Below, one piece after another: positions 27,451 to 40,788 of a stretch of 64,000 nucleotides of DNA. Source of the stretch: Raillietiella orientalis (lineage: Eukaryota); NCBI GenBank assembly GCA_036172245.1, contig JAYWIR010000007.1, positions 3,162,001 through 3,226,000 on the forward strand, written 5' to 3'. Both the position numbers and the translations under genes were made by a program. Every line of letters begins with the position of its first letter. The stretch's first letter is position 1. The notes beneath the pieces are model-generated. The model did no database searches. It was not told the origin of the DNA and worked only from the letters and a program-made list of their open reading frames with translations.

Positions 27451-28949
27451 GGCATGCCAGTGGCGGTGATCGAAGTTAGGTCATTCACCTCTGGCCGATC
27501 CTTTGGGGGCATAACGCTTGCCGGGATCGTAAGCGGTGGTGAACTAGGGCCACCTTCTTGCGGGGCGGTTCCGGTCTTTTCCCATCTTCAGGATGGTCAG
27601 TGCGCGAGGATCCTCCGAGTGCTCTCCGAGTCGTATGGAGTCCTTCAGCGGACTCCATGTCTTGGTGTTTCCGGCCGTAAAATGCAGTACTGCCATCCCA
27701 TAACTACCCCGGATTGCGTTTCGTTACCCGTGCTCCTGAGCGGGAGCCACCATCGTGGTATGCTCTCCGGGAACAGCTTTGGTCGATACAATTTTGGATT
27801 AGCGCGCATCATTTACATTTCGTGCGGCCTGCAGGCTGTGAAGTCAATGTCGGCTGTCCGGTCAACGACTCTGAAATGAGCGCGATACTCGAGGTTGAAG
27901 GTGGGAGCTCAAGAAAAGTTGTTCCATACAGTTCTGGCGTCATGTGCCTTGAATTCTGGAGGTTGTCCCACCTAAATGCAGGTGTGAGCCACTCTCTTCG
28001 CGTATTTTCTGGGGAGGGAAGGGTTTTTGCAGCAGCCGAGAATCTAGTTCTTGTTCTGTCGATTCCTGAAGAAGGAACAAGGGTCACTCGAAAACGAGGA
28101 AAATCAGGTTCATGCAAGGGACTGGTTCAAAGATCACTCTTTTGGGTTTAGGGAACAGCTCGTCCGAAATCACGACGAACCATTCTTTGAAGCATATCTC
28201 TTTGATAGCTGACCATTGTCACGAAAACCGCGTTTCCCAGGCATTCCTAAGAGATCTGCTGGTGGAGATGGTTGGTGTGAGTGAGTCGTACTGACCGCTT
28301 GTTGTTCTGGCAGTTATCGGAAGTGAAGGTCCGTGCAGCATGACCTGGCTCAGTACTTCCCGCCTGGTATTATTTGACCCACACGGTGGAAAACATGTGA
28401 AAACACTGTTGGCTTTTTGTTTCTACAAGAGATGATTTTTCCTGCTTTCTGTCTTTCCCCGTGTAGCCTAGAATTCAATGAAGAATGCAGTGGAATTTCT
28501 CCAGCTGAAATTGTTCATTGCTCTTTGCTTTCATTTTCGGGAATCTCATTCACGAGCTGTCTTTATTCCTTTCTCAATTCCTTCATATTTCATTTGAGCA
28601 GGATGGACGTGAGGGAGGATAACAGGCATGTTATCGGGCTGTCGAATTTTCAAGTATAATAAACAGTTCATCTTTCGTAGCCACATGCATAATGCGGAAG
28701 GAAGGTTTCTTGAGAGCATGGGAATTCTAGGGCCAACAGCGTGGGTGAGGAGAGAAACCCTTTTTCGACCGCGTAGATTTCTCTGCAGGCTCTCAACTGA
28801 TGAATCATTTCCATGACGCACGACCTGGAGAAGTATAACATAGTGCTTGAAGTTTCTTGTAATTTTCCTCGCTTCATAAGATGGAACTGCTTTCCTTCTC
28901 TGATAAATTTCTGCCTTAAAGCCAAATGCTTCTTTTCGACTCGAGTTAC

Positions 28950-29540
28950 GCGGACTAATTCATGGAGGAGGAACTTCTACACCCCAAACGTCATCAGACA
29001 GTGGAGAAACAAGTCGGAAGCAGCACTTCGTTTTTCTCTGTTCTCGATCGGCAAGTGGAGAAGAGGAATCAAGGTAGCAAGGATCGCTCTGTTCTCGAAT
29101 GCACATGTAAGTCTGCAGTGGCTACCGGGGGTGGGGGGGATGTCCTCGCGTCTTCACGTGTTGTTTCTCCTACTGAAAAGCAGGAGGTGCAAACGGGTGC
29201 AGCCTACAAAGGAAGACTCGATTTCCAGCTGCGTTGCTGCTCTCGTTTGTTCCGAGCGTTCGTGAACACCCTCATCGGCGCAGGATTAAAAGATTCACGG
29301 AGTGCCACACTCCGTGGAGACTCTAAACTACGCAGTCTTGTTGTTCCAGACACAGTTTCCCATTGGCATCACTGCTGCGTATCGCTGCTGCTTTGTTTTT
29401 GTTGTTCTGTGACAGAGACGGCAGTGCTCCACGACTACCGTGAGCAAGTGCCGTGGACCACTGCTTTCTCTCGCCATTGCCTCCGTGCTAGGACCTTTCC
29501 AGAAACCGTTTCTGCCGTGTCACTGGTAGCACTTACTTCC
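28950..29540 (-). mobile_element. Decayed BEL/Pao-type integrase fossil
   Basis: PRHLLTVVVEHCRLCHRTTKTKQQ..VMP (29345-29460) resembles RxxVKxVIxxCxxCxR..QxMxxLP. SFVGCTRLHLLLFS (29172-29213) resembles LFTCxxTRAVHLELV. Confidence 0.45.
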
Positions 29541-30119
29541 AAAAAACATTACTCAACCCTACATTGGTCACCGTCTGTTACAGAAGAGCATTTGGACAGA
29601 GATGGCATCCTCACCGAGAAGAATGGAGGGAAAATGGAAACAACATAAACCTATAATGACGATTCCAGAATGAAACTGTACCGGAAATGGCAGACTGGCT
29701 TTTTTTTTTTTTTTTTAAGAAGGGTTTCTTGTCGTTAAATCCAGCCAGTGCTCTGCAACCGAATAAAATCCGTTCGGATGCAGCAATCACTAGCTGAAAT
29801 TAAGAAAGCATCTCGACCGATTCGAAACACTCGACATAGTTCTGAAGCTGATGTGGGGAAGGCTGAGCAAGTCTTGAAAGATAAACGAATAGACACCGGA
29901 TTAGCCATTAATACTGGATTGGCTTAACAAAGTTGAATGGAACTAGTGATTTGCCAAGAGATAACCAGTAGTTTAATCTATGCTTCGCAACGAGTCATTA
30001 TCATTCCTTTGACAATAAAACCATGAACTGTCTTCGAACCTTCGGAAATGAGGAGCGTCGGTCACTTGGAGTAGTCGAAGTGCAAAGCCTGGACGATAAA
30101 TAATCGAATTACATAAACA

Positions 30120-30660
30120 TTGCTTACCTCGAGCCACCTCGATCTTCCAGCAGCATTTTCATTTGTCATCTGGTTGCCGCCTGATCCTTTTGATGCATCT
30201 CTGGACCATGCAGAACCACATCCCTTCACAAGTTCCTTTAGACGACGGTTCCTAACACCAGACGAGAAGTGTTTTCATAATGATTTTGCATGTGAATGGT
30301 TGTCCGCTATTGAGACAAAACATCAGAATGAGTTGCTGGTTCCTTCGGATCTTCTCTCCTTTCTAATACAACCACTTGCACACCATCCATCCAGTGAAAT
30401 CATTGGCAGAAGCAGACAAGCACCAACTGAATTTTCAAGTGGCCCTTAGTAAGAGATTTCTGAGTGGTTCTTTGTGATGGAAATTCTCAGTCGATACTTT
30501 CACTCAGTAAAGAGGTTTGTCATGAAGCTTCACAACTTCTAAGAGCACCTCTAAGGACTCTTTCGCAAGGAAACTGGAACATTCTCCCTGAACTATATAC
30601 GTACAGCATGAACTTTTTTCCCCATTTTTAGGTGAACAAACTCCTCTACCTCCATACTGA
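30120..30660 (+). mobile_element. Decayed mariner transposase fossil
   Basis: WLPPDP (cf. WVPHEL), RRFLTPDEKCFHND (cf. RIVTGDEKWxxYDN) and GNWNILPELYTYSMNFFP at 30569-30622 (cf. GWEVLPHPPYSPDLAP), in order. Confidence 0.55.
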
Positions 30661-31399
30661 GGAAGTGTCGAGGCGAATAAAATTAGTTCAAGAGTAGTTT
30701 AGCTTGGAAGAGGACAGGAAAGAGGAAGGAAGGGCGTATTTGCGGATGTGTCCCAAATAGAAAGCAGCATTCCTCTAACAAGACTAACAGAGATGAAATG
30801 AATGCTCTCCTTCAAAAAGAACAAGGATACTAGCTAGTCCTTAGTAACTCAGGAAGACCTGGTCCTCTTCTTCGGTCTTTAGATGCAGAGACACAGCCTC
30901 ATTCCTCCTCTTGGAATGCTTCCCTCAGTTCTCCTGGTTTCACGAGGTCAAATGCACGTATGCCGACAGGTGTAGCAGCTACTAACGCACTGACAGCTGT
31001 GGCAAAAGGCGTTCATAGCGCAATGCTTAGCTGCTGGAACTACGAATGAAATCCCAGAAGGAAGAGATTGCTCGTGATCCCTTAGACCGCAGCTCCATGT
31101 CTCGCTTTTTCGAAAGCCTCATGATTCGATCTCTCTCTGTGACTGACAGAGTTGGCACTGTTTGCCTTCACCAGTTTTCCATTCAGATGAGTGGACTCTC
31201 AGACTCGATCACTAGCAAACAGTGCTGATTTGTTTATAGTGAACGTATGCCGCACGAAGAAGCACATACAATTTCTGTCCTCGCCAAGCTAGCAAGTGCA
31301 AGTCTTTCAAGCACTCTTGCGCTGAAACTCCGCACAAGTGCAAGCGCTTTTACCTTTTCATATGCAGGAAAGCGAGAAGAGAACGACACTCAGCTACAT

Positions 31400-31640
31400 A
31401 CCAACCTTAGAAGTTGCTTCGATCGATCCGGAAAGTGAGGTCTGCTTGAGATCTGCGTGCCAGGATTGCAGCAAGGTCATTTCCACCACCGAACGCCTCT
31501 TGTCTGCGCCCGTTCCTAAGACAGAAATGGCCTGCCAGCAAAGGTCGCTCCTCAAAAGCATCCCAGCATTTGCAGGCATCCAAAACTGAAGTGGTTTCAG
31601 CCACTGTTGTCGACTAGATCTTTGCTTCCTCAATGGCTAA
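31400..31640 (-). mobile_element. Possible RNase H fossil of an RNase-H-containing LINE
   Basis: LQFWMPANAGMLLRSDLCWQA resembles xxFxWVPxHxGIxGNExADxLA. Single motif only. Confidence 0.3.
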
Positions 31641-33050
31641 CTGCAGAAACCAGGGATCGGCTTTCCCGCTGATGCGGTAAAGAAGAAAAATAATCCCTTG
31701 TCAGCATTAGCTGCGGCAGGAGAGACTCCTCGGGAACGATGGGGGTCAATTGGAGGACTGTCTTGCATCTTCTTGACACGATTGTATCATCCCTTTCCAG
31801 ATTGACTTGATTTAGATCAAGGTGCTTGGACCAGCTGCCATGACGTTCTTCCAAGATGGCGTTTGCATCTCTTTCGAGATGGTGTCAGTTTACACATGCA
31901 TACATTGTGGAAATATTTGTACTCCCATTACTTGTTTGCGCATGTGTCGGTTTGGACAGTTATCCGCAAAAGTTGAACGCGTACGATTTCGAGGAAGCTT
32001 TCTTCGGATGAATGCAACTTCCCATCTATAAGAACAGGAATTGATCTCTGGTGGTTGGAAGTAGCTCAGCATTCTCCCCTAATAGTTCCAATTTTTGTGT
32101 GGAACGAATTGGATAGTGTTCTCCTAGAAACAGAAAAAGAAGATTCAAGCAGCTAAGAGCACGCAGAGTGAGATTCATGCCTGAAATGTAACGTGAAAAT
32201 TCAACAGGATCAGTTTTCCTTTTGACTGGTTCCTTGTCGTTGTGGTCGTTGTGTGCATGGAGCGCAGTCACAAAGTGTTTGTGTTTTGTGTTTGCTCGCG
32301 AGATTTGGTCACGACACTCTGCACGGTAGCCAAAAGTTTTTTTATTTTCACCCTGAGACTTCTCCAGGCTTGCCATTTTCTTCTTTTTCTCCTCCTCCTC
32401 TTCCTCCCTCTCCAAAGAATGCGGAATTTGGATCAGATTCTCCCTTGCTACTTTCATATGAACGTGCAGCCACTGATCTCTCCGAGGAGAGCTCTCGGCT
32501 CTGAATAACAGGCCATCTATTACAAGTGCAGAGGCATCTTCATGCTCGAAGCGCTCTTGGCATGCACCTGCTCCTCGTTTGCTTCCTTTGTCGCGAGGCA
32601 ACTCTCCTCGCAACGAGATGCGCTCCTAGTCCTTAATCAGTTCTTCTCCCTTGCAGGAAGTACAGACGAGAGAACAGCCTGGTTTAGAGACGGGCATCGT
32701 TCAGATCCAGAGTAAGAAGGTGTCCAAAGAGAACAAGACCTCTAAGATTTTCAAATTCAAGGTGAATGGATTTTGTCGACTCTGCCTTGGGGCAAGTGTT
32801 TTCTTAATGACTGGACGTGTCCCGTTTGGTGGAATCTAGAAAAAGATGCTCTCGCTGTCTGTAAGATCCAGGCACTGCGGACTAGAATTTCTGCAACAGT
32901 GAGCACAACCTTGAGGGTCTACTAGCATAGGTTTCGGATGTCTATACTACCCCCTTTCCGCTCTTCCTCTAATCGTCAAAGGAATCGGTATCGCAGCGGT
33001 TTCTCTTTTGCGCTTCATTCTTTTGGTCCTTTGTCAAGGCTCCTAAGAGT

Positions 33051-33248
33051 TGTCCGAGAAATCGAAAGTTGCAGATCTTAATCAAGAGTCTTTTTGTGCT
33101 CTTTTTGCTTTCACTCGTAAACCACAGCACTCCATACTAACTGCAGCTAAAGATCCACGGAGATTTCAAGAAACCACTTCCCCAGCCTCGATGAAACACC
33201 GCAGGTTCCTAAGCACCATCGGAGATTGCTGTGATTCTGTTCGGGGAA
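33051..33248 (+). repeat. 198-bp direct repeat, copy 1
   Basis: Ungapped match to 34199-34396 with about 11 mismatches counted by eye (~94% identity). Confidence 0.95.
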
Positions 33249-34198
33249 TGTCGGGTCGGGGGTGCAGGGGGGTGTCGGAAGTCTCTTTCGCTTGATTGGA
33301 CGTATTTGTAAGCACGGTAAGTAGGTTTCCCTCTGCTGGTGGGGTAAAAGAAAACAAACACAGGAAGGTGAAACGTGACTTCCTGATTTCCGCGACGTCA
33401 GAAAAACGAGACAACTAGAGTGGGTGCTCCCCAAAGCGGCAACATGAAAAGCGCTAAAGGAGAAAACCTGAATCTGCGATCGCTTCGGATGCTTCCTCCT
33501 ACTCTGGATGTAGGAAACCACGCCCAGTGGAGGCGTACCAGGAGGAACGTGCATATTGGCTTGGAAACTCTGTCGCTGCACAAAGGAATGCACTTTGAAA
33601 GATGCATCCGGGTGCGGGAAAAGTACGTGTGACGTGAACAGACTGCGTGCATTTCCCCCTGGGATCGAGTGGGGTGAACTGGTATCAGCTTCTGCTCCTT
33701 GAACCAGTAACGAAGAGCTCACTTGGCAGGAGCATTGCCAAAGGGACGAATGACAAACGAATGAAAGCTGAAATTTGCCTTATTTTCCTCCGAACCAGAT
33801 TATCCTCTGCTCTTTTCTTGTTGACTTCTTTTCCTCAGTTATGATCAATGTGATTTCTGATCTGTGTCAAGCAAGAAATCGTCAAACTACAAGCGTCGGC
33901 TGCAAACCACTTTTTCTAGAGAGAATGCAGTCAGTCCTTTGTTTATTTTTAGCGAGGCTTTATTTACCGTCTTATTTTTCAGAACTCGGATCCGTCTCGA
34001 CATTTGCAGCAGCGAATTCATGCACGAAGCTGGTCCGCTTGTGGAATCTGTGCTTCCGTGGATTGTTTAGCACTGAAGATGAGGGTATCGAAGGATGGAT
34101 CGCTGTTTTCAATGCTACGCGTCCGCAGCATGACGTCATCTGCCTGTTTTTCCACTTGGAGATGAGAGTTTGCTTGCTTCCTACTTCGGGAACGAATC

Positions 34199-34396
34199 TG
34201 TCCGAAAAATCGAAAGCGGCAGATCCCAATCAAGAATCTTTTTGTGCTCTTTTTGCTTTCACTCGTGGACCGCAGCACTCCATACTAACTGCAGCTAAAG
34301 ATCCACGGAGATTTCAAGAAACCACTTCCCCAGCCTCGATGAAACACCGCAGGTTCCTAAGCAACATCGGAGATTGATGTGATTCTGTTCGGGGAA
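34199..34396 (+). repeat. 198-bp direct repeat, copy 2
   Basis: Ungapped match to 33051-33248, offset 1148 bp. Confidence 0.95.
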
Positions 34397-34499
34397 GGGG
34401 GCTTCCCTTCCTTTTTCCCATGCAAAACAGAACAGGGAAACACCCCACTGGCCATCGGGAAAATCTCTCCGCTTCTTCTATCTTTCCTTCATCCTCGGT

Positions 34500-36170
34500 C
34501 GGGAGGGAAACTCGCTTTTCCTTATCAGAAGCAGTTTTTTATCCAGCTACACACCTTCGTAAGGGTGGTTCTCAGCTGCATGCCTCCGTCATCTCTCACG
34601 ATCAGTCTGCAGACGGCAAATGGAACCTGCTCTGTTTTCCTCGAAAGCAGTTTGTTTGCCATAGGTTCCTCTGGGTCATCTGTGTGGTATGGGGTCATTC
34701 TGTTCTCCATGTACACACCCGATGAAATGAGACCTGAGCGAACTCCAGATATGGAACCCACGTTTGCAATCACGGGACCCTATCCCTGAAACCTTGGAAA
34801 TGCTTGTCTCGCTGTATAGCGGTGGCAGCTTCTACTTCATCTCAGATCATCGAAACGATCATCCTCTCTCTCATAGGAAGCCGGAAGCGCTCGAATTTTA
34901 GGAATTTTTAAAAGAATTCTTGCAAAGCATGCAGGTCCTCATGTTCCATTCGGCAGTCGAAGAGAAATAAGCGAATCCTACGGAGATACGAATGAGAAAA
35001 TGAACGCTTCATCCTCTTCGATGTTTTAATGATTTTTTTCGATATCATCTTAATGAGATGAAAAGCTGTGGAAAGTGGAAACGGCTTCTCTTAGGCCTCT
35101 GAGTTGTGCTAGCCTAAAGGCTCTTTCATGAAAAGTTCCAACTGCCACAGAAGAGTCGATGCTGAAGTCATGAAGAACTCTGCCTATCACTCGCATAGGT
35201 AGTTGAGACTACGATGCTGCCTCGCTAGCATCCCATTTATCAAACCCAAAACTTTTCCCATTTCCATCTTTTCTTGCGTCCAGAAGTGCAGTGTCCTGAT
35301 AAAAGGGATGTACCCAATTGGTCAGGAGAAAAGGCGACGGCCCTCTCTCTTCTGAGTCGTTCAATCCTTGTCCAGAGAAACGTTTCTCAACCTTTTCACC
35401 CAGATCAAGCTGTTGAGATAAGCGCAGCCTCTCGAACGGCACCACCTTCTGCGTGAAACCACGATAGCATCTCACATGAAGTGCGAAAGATCCCCTTAAG
35501 TTTCTAGAGCGGATCTCTAAGCATCGCAATCTGCCTCGACTTGCAAACTGAGAGCGAAGGCGAAAGATGGCTTTTGGACACACCTATCCGGCGCCTGAGG
35601 GTCTCAGAGGAATCTGAAACATGAGGGTCCCTTTCATTCGGCGAAGAAGAGCTGGAGAGTTTTAGAGAGGCCTCTGAGACCTTCTAGCAGGCTAGGAGAC
35701 GGGTTTTAGAGGAAGGAGCTGTAGCTTTCTCAACTCTTCATAGTCGTTTTTATCTTTCATCGTGCTGCGAAGGGCTGGAGACGGGGGGTGAAGGACTGGG
35801 CTTACGATGGCGGCGATTATGTCGAGTGCCATGGTTACATATAGTTAAGCAAGGGTTGATTTATTTCACAAGATATGCATTTTTTGAAGGTAGGATTATT
35901 CCCACAGTAACGGCTATGCTATCGGGGCATCAAAGTAAGCATTCTAGGGATAAGGATTATATGATCATGGATGCAGCGGTTACGGTTGATCGCTATGATT
36001 AATTTGGCTGATGATAGCTGACGCGGATGGGAATAGTTGCCAGGGATTCGTTTGACGCTGGTGGGCATGGGACTGGGGATTATGTAGTAGGCACTGGTGT
36101 TTGTTGCTAAGCCAGTGAGTGGTGATCATTTATGGCTCCTTAGGGCTCACATGATATCCACTTTTTTGTG
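34500..36170 (-). mobile_element. Decayed LINE ORF2 fossil (APE to RT)
   Basis: VDIM..IPGNYSHPR..IIAINRN..SPP (35800-36170, APE-like, A/C-rich sense strand), LIKMISKKIIK (~35040), RQAFPR (~34800), and ISSGV..YHTDDP..QLRTTLTKVCSW (34525-34730). Confidence 0.4.
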
Positions 36171-36649
36171 TGTGTGTTTCCATAATTCTTGCTAGATCGA
36201 TGTTCCAGTAGGGTGAGTATGGATTAATTTAAGAAGGTTGTTTAGGAAGTATATAATTTGAGGTTTATTGAGACATGAGTGCTGGGAGGTGGTTTGGCTC
36301 GTGGTGTAATTAAAGAGTTGCTGTGTTTTCGGCAAGTTCATTTGAAGGTAATAGGGCCTTTTTCTTCTGCAAGTAATTGTTGGTGGAGACATGGAATAGG
36401 TAATTGCTTCTGTTTTCACTTGTGGCAGCTCATAGGTCTGCACCCTCTGGCATTTAAATGATCCTATATCCTTCGCGACTGGCAGCCATCATGACAATGA
36501 GTTTTAAGCAAGGAACGTCATTAGCATTGTAAAATACTAAGCACATCGTGCACCAAACTGGAAACAAGCAGCACACCCGCTGGAGCTCTGCGTCACTACT
36601 TGAAGTCTGGAAAATCTCAAGAAAGCAGGCAACGAATTCGAGTGAAAAC

Positions 36650-39600
36650 ACTGGGGCCATTCGCGAGTGGTCAGAAGACTGATCTTCAATGTACGATTCG
36701 TACTAGGGAAGCTGTGCTCAGAAAAACCGTTCGGCTCCATTGCAGTCGTTAAATGCGCATCCAGAACTCTCAGTTTGTGGATGTTCGGAGAAAGATGATT
36801 GTGTGAATTTTCTCACTTCTCGCATAGCAGGATGCATAGCACAGGAACCTGCTTTGTGAATCATCAGAACTTCGAGCAGTGCCAAGGAGATCACTTGTCG
36901 ATCTTCCGGTCCCGTGAACTGCCTGTAACATTTGGAGGAGACAGTTTCCATGCAACAGAAGGCGCCAAAAAATTCGAAGCGTGTTTGCAGATGCAAAATT
37001 CAGTATTTAGAGTAAAGAAAAAAAAAAAAACATGTGAGATAAGAAGTGGTCAAGTTATAGAGTGTCCAATCCATTCTCTAGGAGAGAACGCATTTTCCAG
37101 AAGAAGTGCAAATTATTGTGGTAAGAATAGAAACACATAAATGAAACTAAATCCTGTTCCGATATACTGTACAAGATTTTAAAGATTTCCTTAACGTGGA
37201 TCCCCATTCGAGGAAGCATTCATTTTCCGATTGAGTGAACAAAGTGAATCCAGGAGTGAGTGAATGCGAACCACACCATCCACATCATCTGAACAGCGTT
37301 TTTTATTCTATAGAGAAACTTTTTTTGCCATGATCAAGAACGGTACAATGTAAGCTATCATAGTACAATGTAGGAATCAGTAATGCATTTTGTTTAAGAA
37401 CTTACTGTTGTTGTTAGGAAATCCTATGGATATGCCAAGGCAAATCCAAAGAATCAGTGGTGAACTCGCGACTACTGTCTATGGAAAAGAGTTCCTTTTT
37501 GCTCCATCATGGACCTTGACACACTTTTCATTCAGACGTTCTAGGAACAACCTGCTTAGATGGCTACTGTCTGTGTCTGAGATGGCATGTTTCACCCTGG
37601 CAACTGCTTTTTCTGAACCGTCTAATTCAGAATGCAAAGTGTTTTGTCGTCTTAAATAAAAGGAAATTTCGGGATCATCTGAGAAGCATCAACGTTTCCT
37701 TCTGTAACTAAAACTTTCCCACTCCTATTAAACAGCTTTTTGTGCGAAATGCATCGGCAAAAAAACTTTCGAACAAACAAAGGTAGAACACTCCTGCTTC
37801 GAAGACAGGCGTTGCCCGAACCGAGATGACCATGAGTTCCTGGTGGTCCTTCTAATCATAGCAATTTCTCAAAGTCTCACTGACAAGGCAATGCAGGATT
37901 AATGAATTCGGGATATTTCTTCTGGAAGCCATATGCGAAAAGTTCAAAACAAACTTCCTAAAAAGGATGGGTGGGCATCCTCAAACAGTAAGATGAGCAA
38001 TCGGGGATAGAAGCAGGAACCACGAAAAGCATGTCATGCTTGAAACTGTTGATCTTCAGACAAAATGCCAAGCAGGTTGCTATGATCTTCATTGTCCGTT
38101 ACAAAGGTAAACTCATAAGAAAAAGCTGCTACAACGCTCAGGATGCTGATTCCCTAAGCAACTTTGCAAAATCTCTGTGCTTCACTCGCTTACTCATTAG
38201 AAAAGAAATATTCTTCGGATGTGGATCTTATGAAGTGGTGCTGCTTGATCGATGGCTGCATCGACTCTGCATACTGCATCTCAGATACAAACAATAATCC
38301 TGAAGCACCAAGTATCATCAGTCATCTTCCCTGGGCTTATTAACGAAATCAATGGAAGCGAAGGGAAGTTTCATTCAGTGATCCATGCGTGGCGAGAAAA
38401 TATCCAATAGGAAGAATAACTGATTATCCCGAACTGAGAGGGATTGGCGGTCCTATCTTTGAAATAGCGCAGCATAAGGAACTGAGGGACTGCGAAACAA
38501 AAACCGAAGTGCAGGCCAACGCAGCGGTTTCTTGCTGCATCTCTTGAGTGGCATCGGCAATCCATTCGAACGTTTCCGGCAATTTGGAGTTTCATCCGAC
38601 GGGCTGCCGTGACTCGGCAGCAATTATCTTATATTGTACCTGCCATTGAAATCAAAAATGCAGTGCTTTCGGGCGTGTATCACAGGAGAGAATCGTTCTT
38701 ACCGTTCTTAAGCTTGAAAATTGGAAGAAAAAAAAAAAACAAAGGTATCTATAAGACTGAAGGAAACCCCTCTGAGTATGAGTCTCCACGCATCGCTTGC
38801 TCCTAGATTACAAGGCTGCTGAATGCTGATCCAAGGTTTCCAGGAAGTTCTGTACACAACATTCGGACTTGCACGAGACGAACACACCCAAAATTTGGTC
38901 CAGATCGTGGCTTGAGCAAGCGCAGTGCACATTATCATTCCAGAAAATGGTCCCAAATGGGAAAAATTAAAGTCGCAAATAAATCCTCCAGGAGCTGTCC
39001 AAGAGCCCATTGACTTCGGAATTTCTAGTAAATCTCTGCAACCTTACAAAATTGCTCATGCCGCATATTATCTAGAAGACACAATGGGACTTGGAAACCT
39101 CAGTTCATGGTCGCTTAAGGACAGATATTAAAAAAACTCAGATGCAAAACACCACGGCTTTCTTTTCTGCTTTCCATGGATCGTATGATCGCCGGTCATA
39201 CAATATCCTCAATGTATCAGTATCCTTAGCGTACACTGCAGATGATAAATGCAAGCACATATCTTGCTAAGGTCTTCATCGCGACTCTGCTCAATCAAAT
39301 ATTTCCTCAGTGGAATGCGATCAAAGTGTCTGGTTTTATGAGGTGTAGCGGACGTCTTCAAGGTCCATGATCTCCTGGAGCGAGTTATCCTACATCCACG
39401 AATCGTAGAATAACCTATCATGTGCAGAAGCATTGTTCCGGTAAAATTTTAAAGAAATTCTTGGAACCGAGATGGCACAGAAGCAGTTGCAGCAGCACAA
39501 AAGCAGTTACGAGATCCTTATTAAGGCTGTGCTGCCGTACATCCGCCTGAAACGATCCATCTACGACCACTTGATGTTTTGCCTTCGCTTGACCATCAAC

Positions 39601-39735
39601 AGTACGCATCCAAAACGAAAATTTGCTACGTCTATCTAATTGGGACACCAAATGACACGGAAACACGTGCTTCCGTCCAGTCGTGTTTCCGACGAAGGTT
39701 GCCGGCAAGTCGGATGCTCCCGCGTGTGACATATT
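36650..39735 (+). mobile_element. Decayed Helitron RepHel fossil
   Basis: Colinear remnants: VVRRLIFNVRFVLGKLCSEKPFGSI (cf. Rep ARVFxxKL..FG); LLGNPM..IQRI..VY..TLTHF (cf. FPxH..VxRL..VYF..TLTAFF); GKKTFEQ..DDHEF (cf. GxTSFExL..DDxEW); TRQQLSYIVP (cf. DFRQILPV); CLRLTINSTHPK (cf. FAMTINKSQG); MLPRVT (cf. ALSRVT). Confidence 0.55.
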
Positions 39736-40788
39736 TTTCCATTTCATCTTGGCAGGGAAATGAACAGAGAGGAGGGACAGAAACCAACTTTGGCCTTGGA
39801 GCCACAAGCCAACAAAGTGGACTTCCTGGCGGAATGATTGGGAATTTTATTGCTCGCTTACATTGGGACTCTTTGGTCCGTCCAGATCAGATCGCTTGCT
39901 CCGATAATCACGGAAACACTAATTAATCACTTCTATGTTCGGCAAACTTCGGGATGACCTCAGTTGTGATGGTTCGGGCCATCTCAGGAAATTCCGGGCA
40001 CGGGAATGGAATAGGCGCGGAACTGTAAGCCCTTTATTGAAGTGCGGAGTTCCTGGCTTGCCTTCAGGGTGAAAATTTCTGAACTGCCCTGCTCTCAACT
40101 TGAAAATCCAGGACTCCCACTCTTCTTCGCACCGCCGTTCCATAAAGAAATACATGTTTTCGTGTTGCTCGCGGAAGATTCCGGGACGTCTTCGTGGTTT
40201 CGGGTCCGAGTGACGTTCAGAATTTGCCTCCAAGCCCGGAACTTTCGAGAGTTCAGCCAGCACCGATGTGTGCCCGAGGAAGAAAATCCTTCGGCAAAAG
40301 GAACTTTCGTCGACGATGGGAATGAACTCTACCTGATTTGTGAATGCCAGCAGCTTCTGATCCTGGAGCATTCAAGCCCGGAATGATAATTGGATTATTC
40401 TTTTCTTTTTCAACTGATCTTGTTTCTGGTCCACGTGACCATTATATGCAGTTGTGAAGATTGCTTGTTAGATTAGTCTAGTTTATCTCTTGTCTTTCTG
40501 GTACGGAGAGACCATTAAGCAACTTGCGATCACGAGCGGAGAGACACTGAGTTTGCTCCTGGCGAAATCTTCACGCAATTCTCAAAGAATGAATCTCCCT
40601 CCAAAGAGTAGTGGCTCGGTTACTATAAAACTATTCAGCAACTACTGGAGAACGTTTCGAAAGCTCTCTTAGGCTACCACTGTCGCCTCACTTCCTCCAA
40701 AATTTTAAAAAACGCCTCTAAATGTTGCTCGTTCCAATGGGTGGCTCTTCTTGAAAGTGACATAGCTAATGGCTGCGCTGGCAGTTGG

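Noticed and set aside
28962..29648. 228-aa plus-strand ORF
   Set aside because: No recognisable domain; lies antisense to the BEL/Pao integrase remnant.
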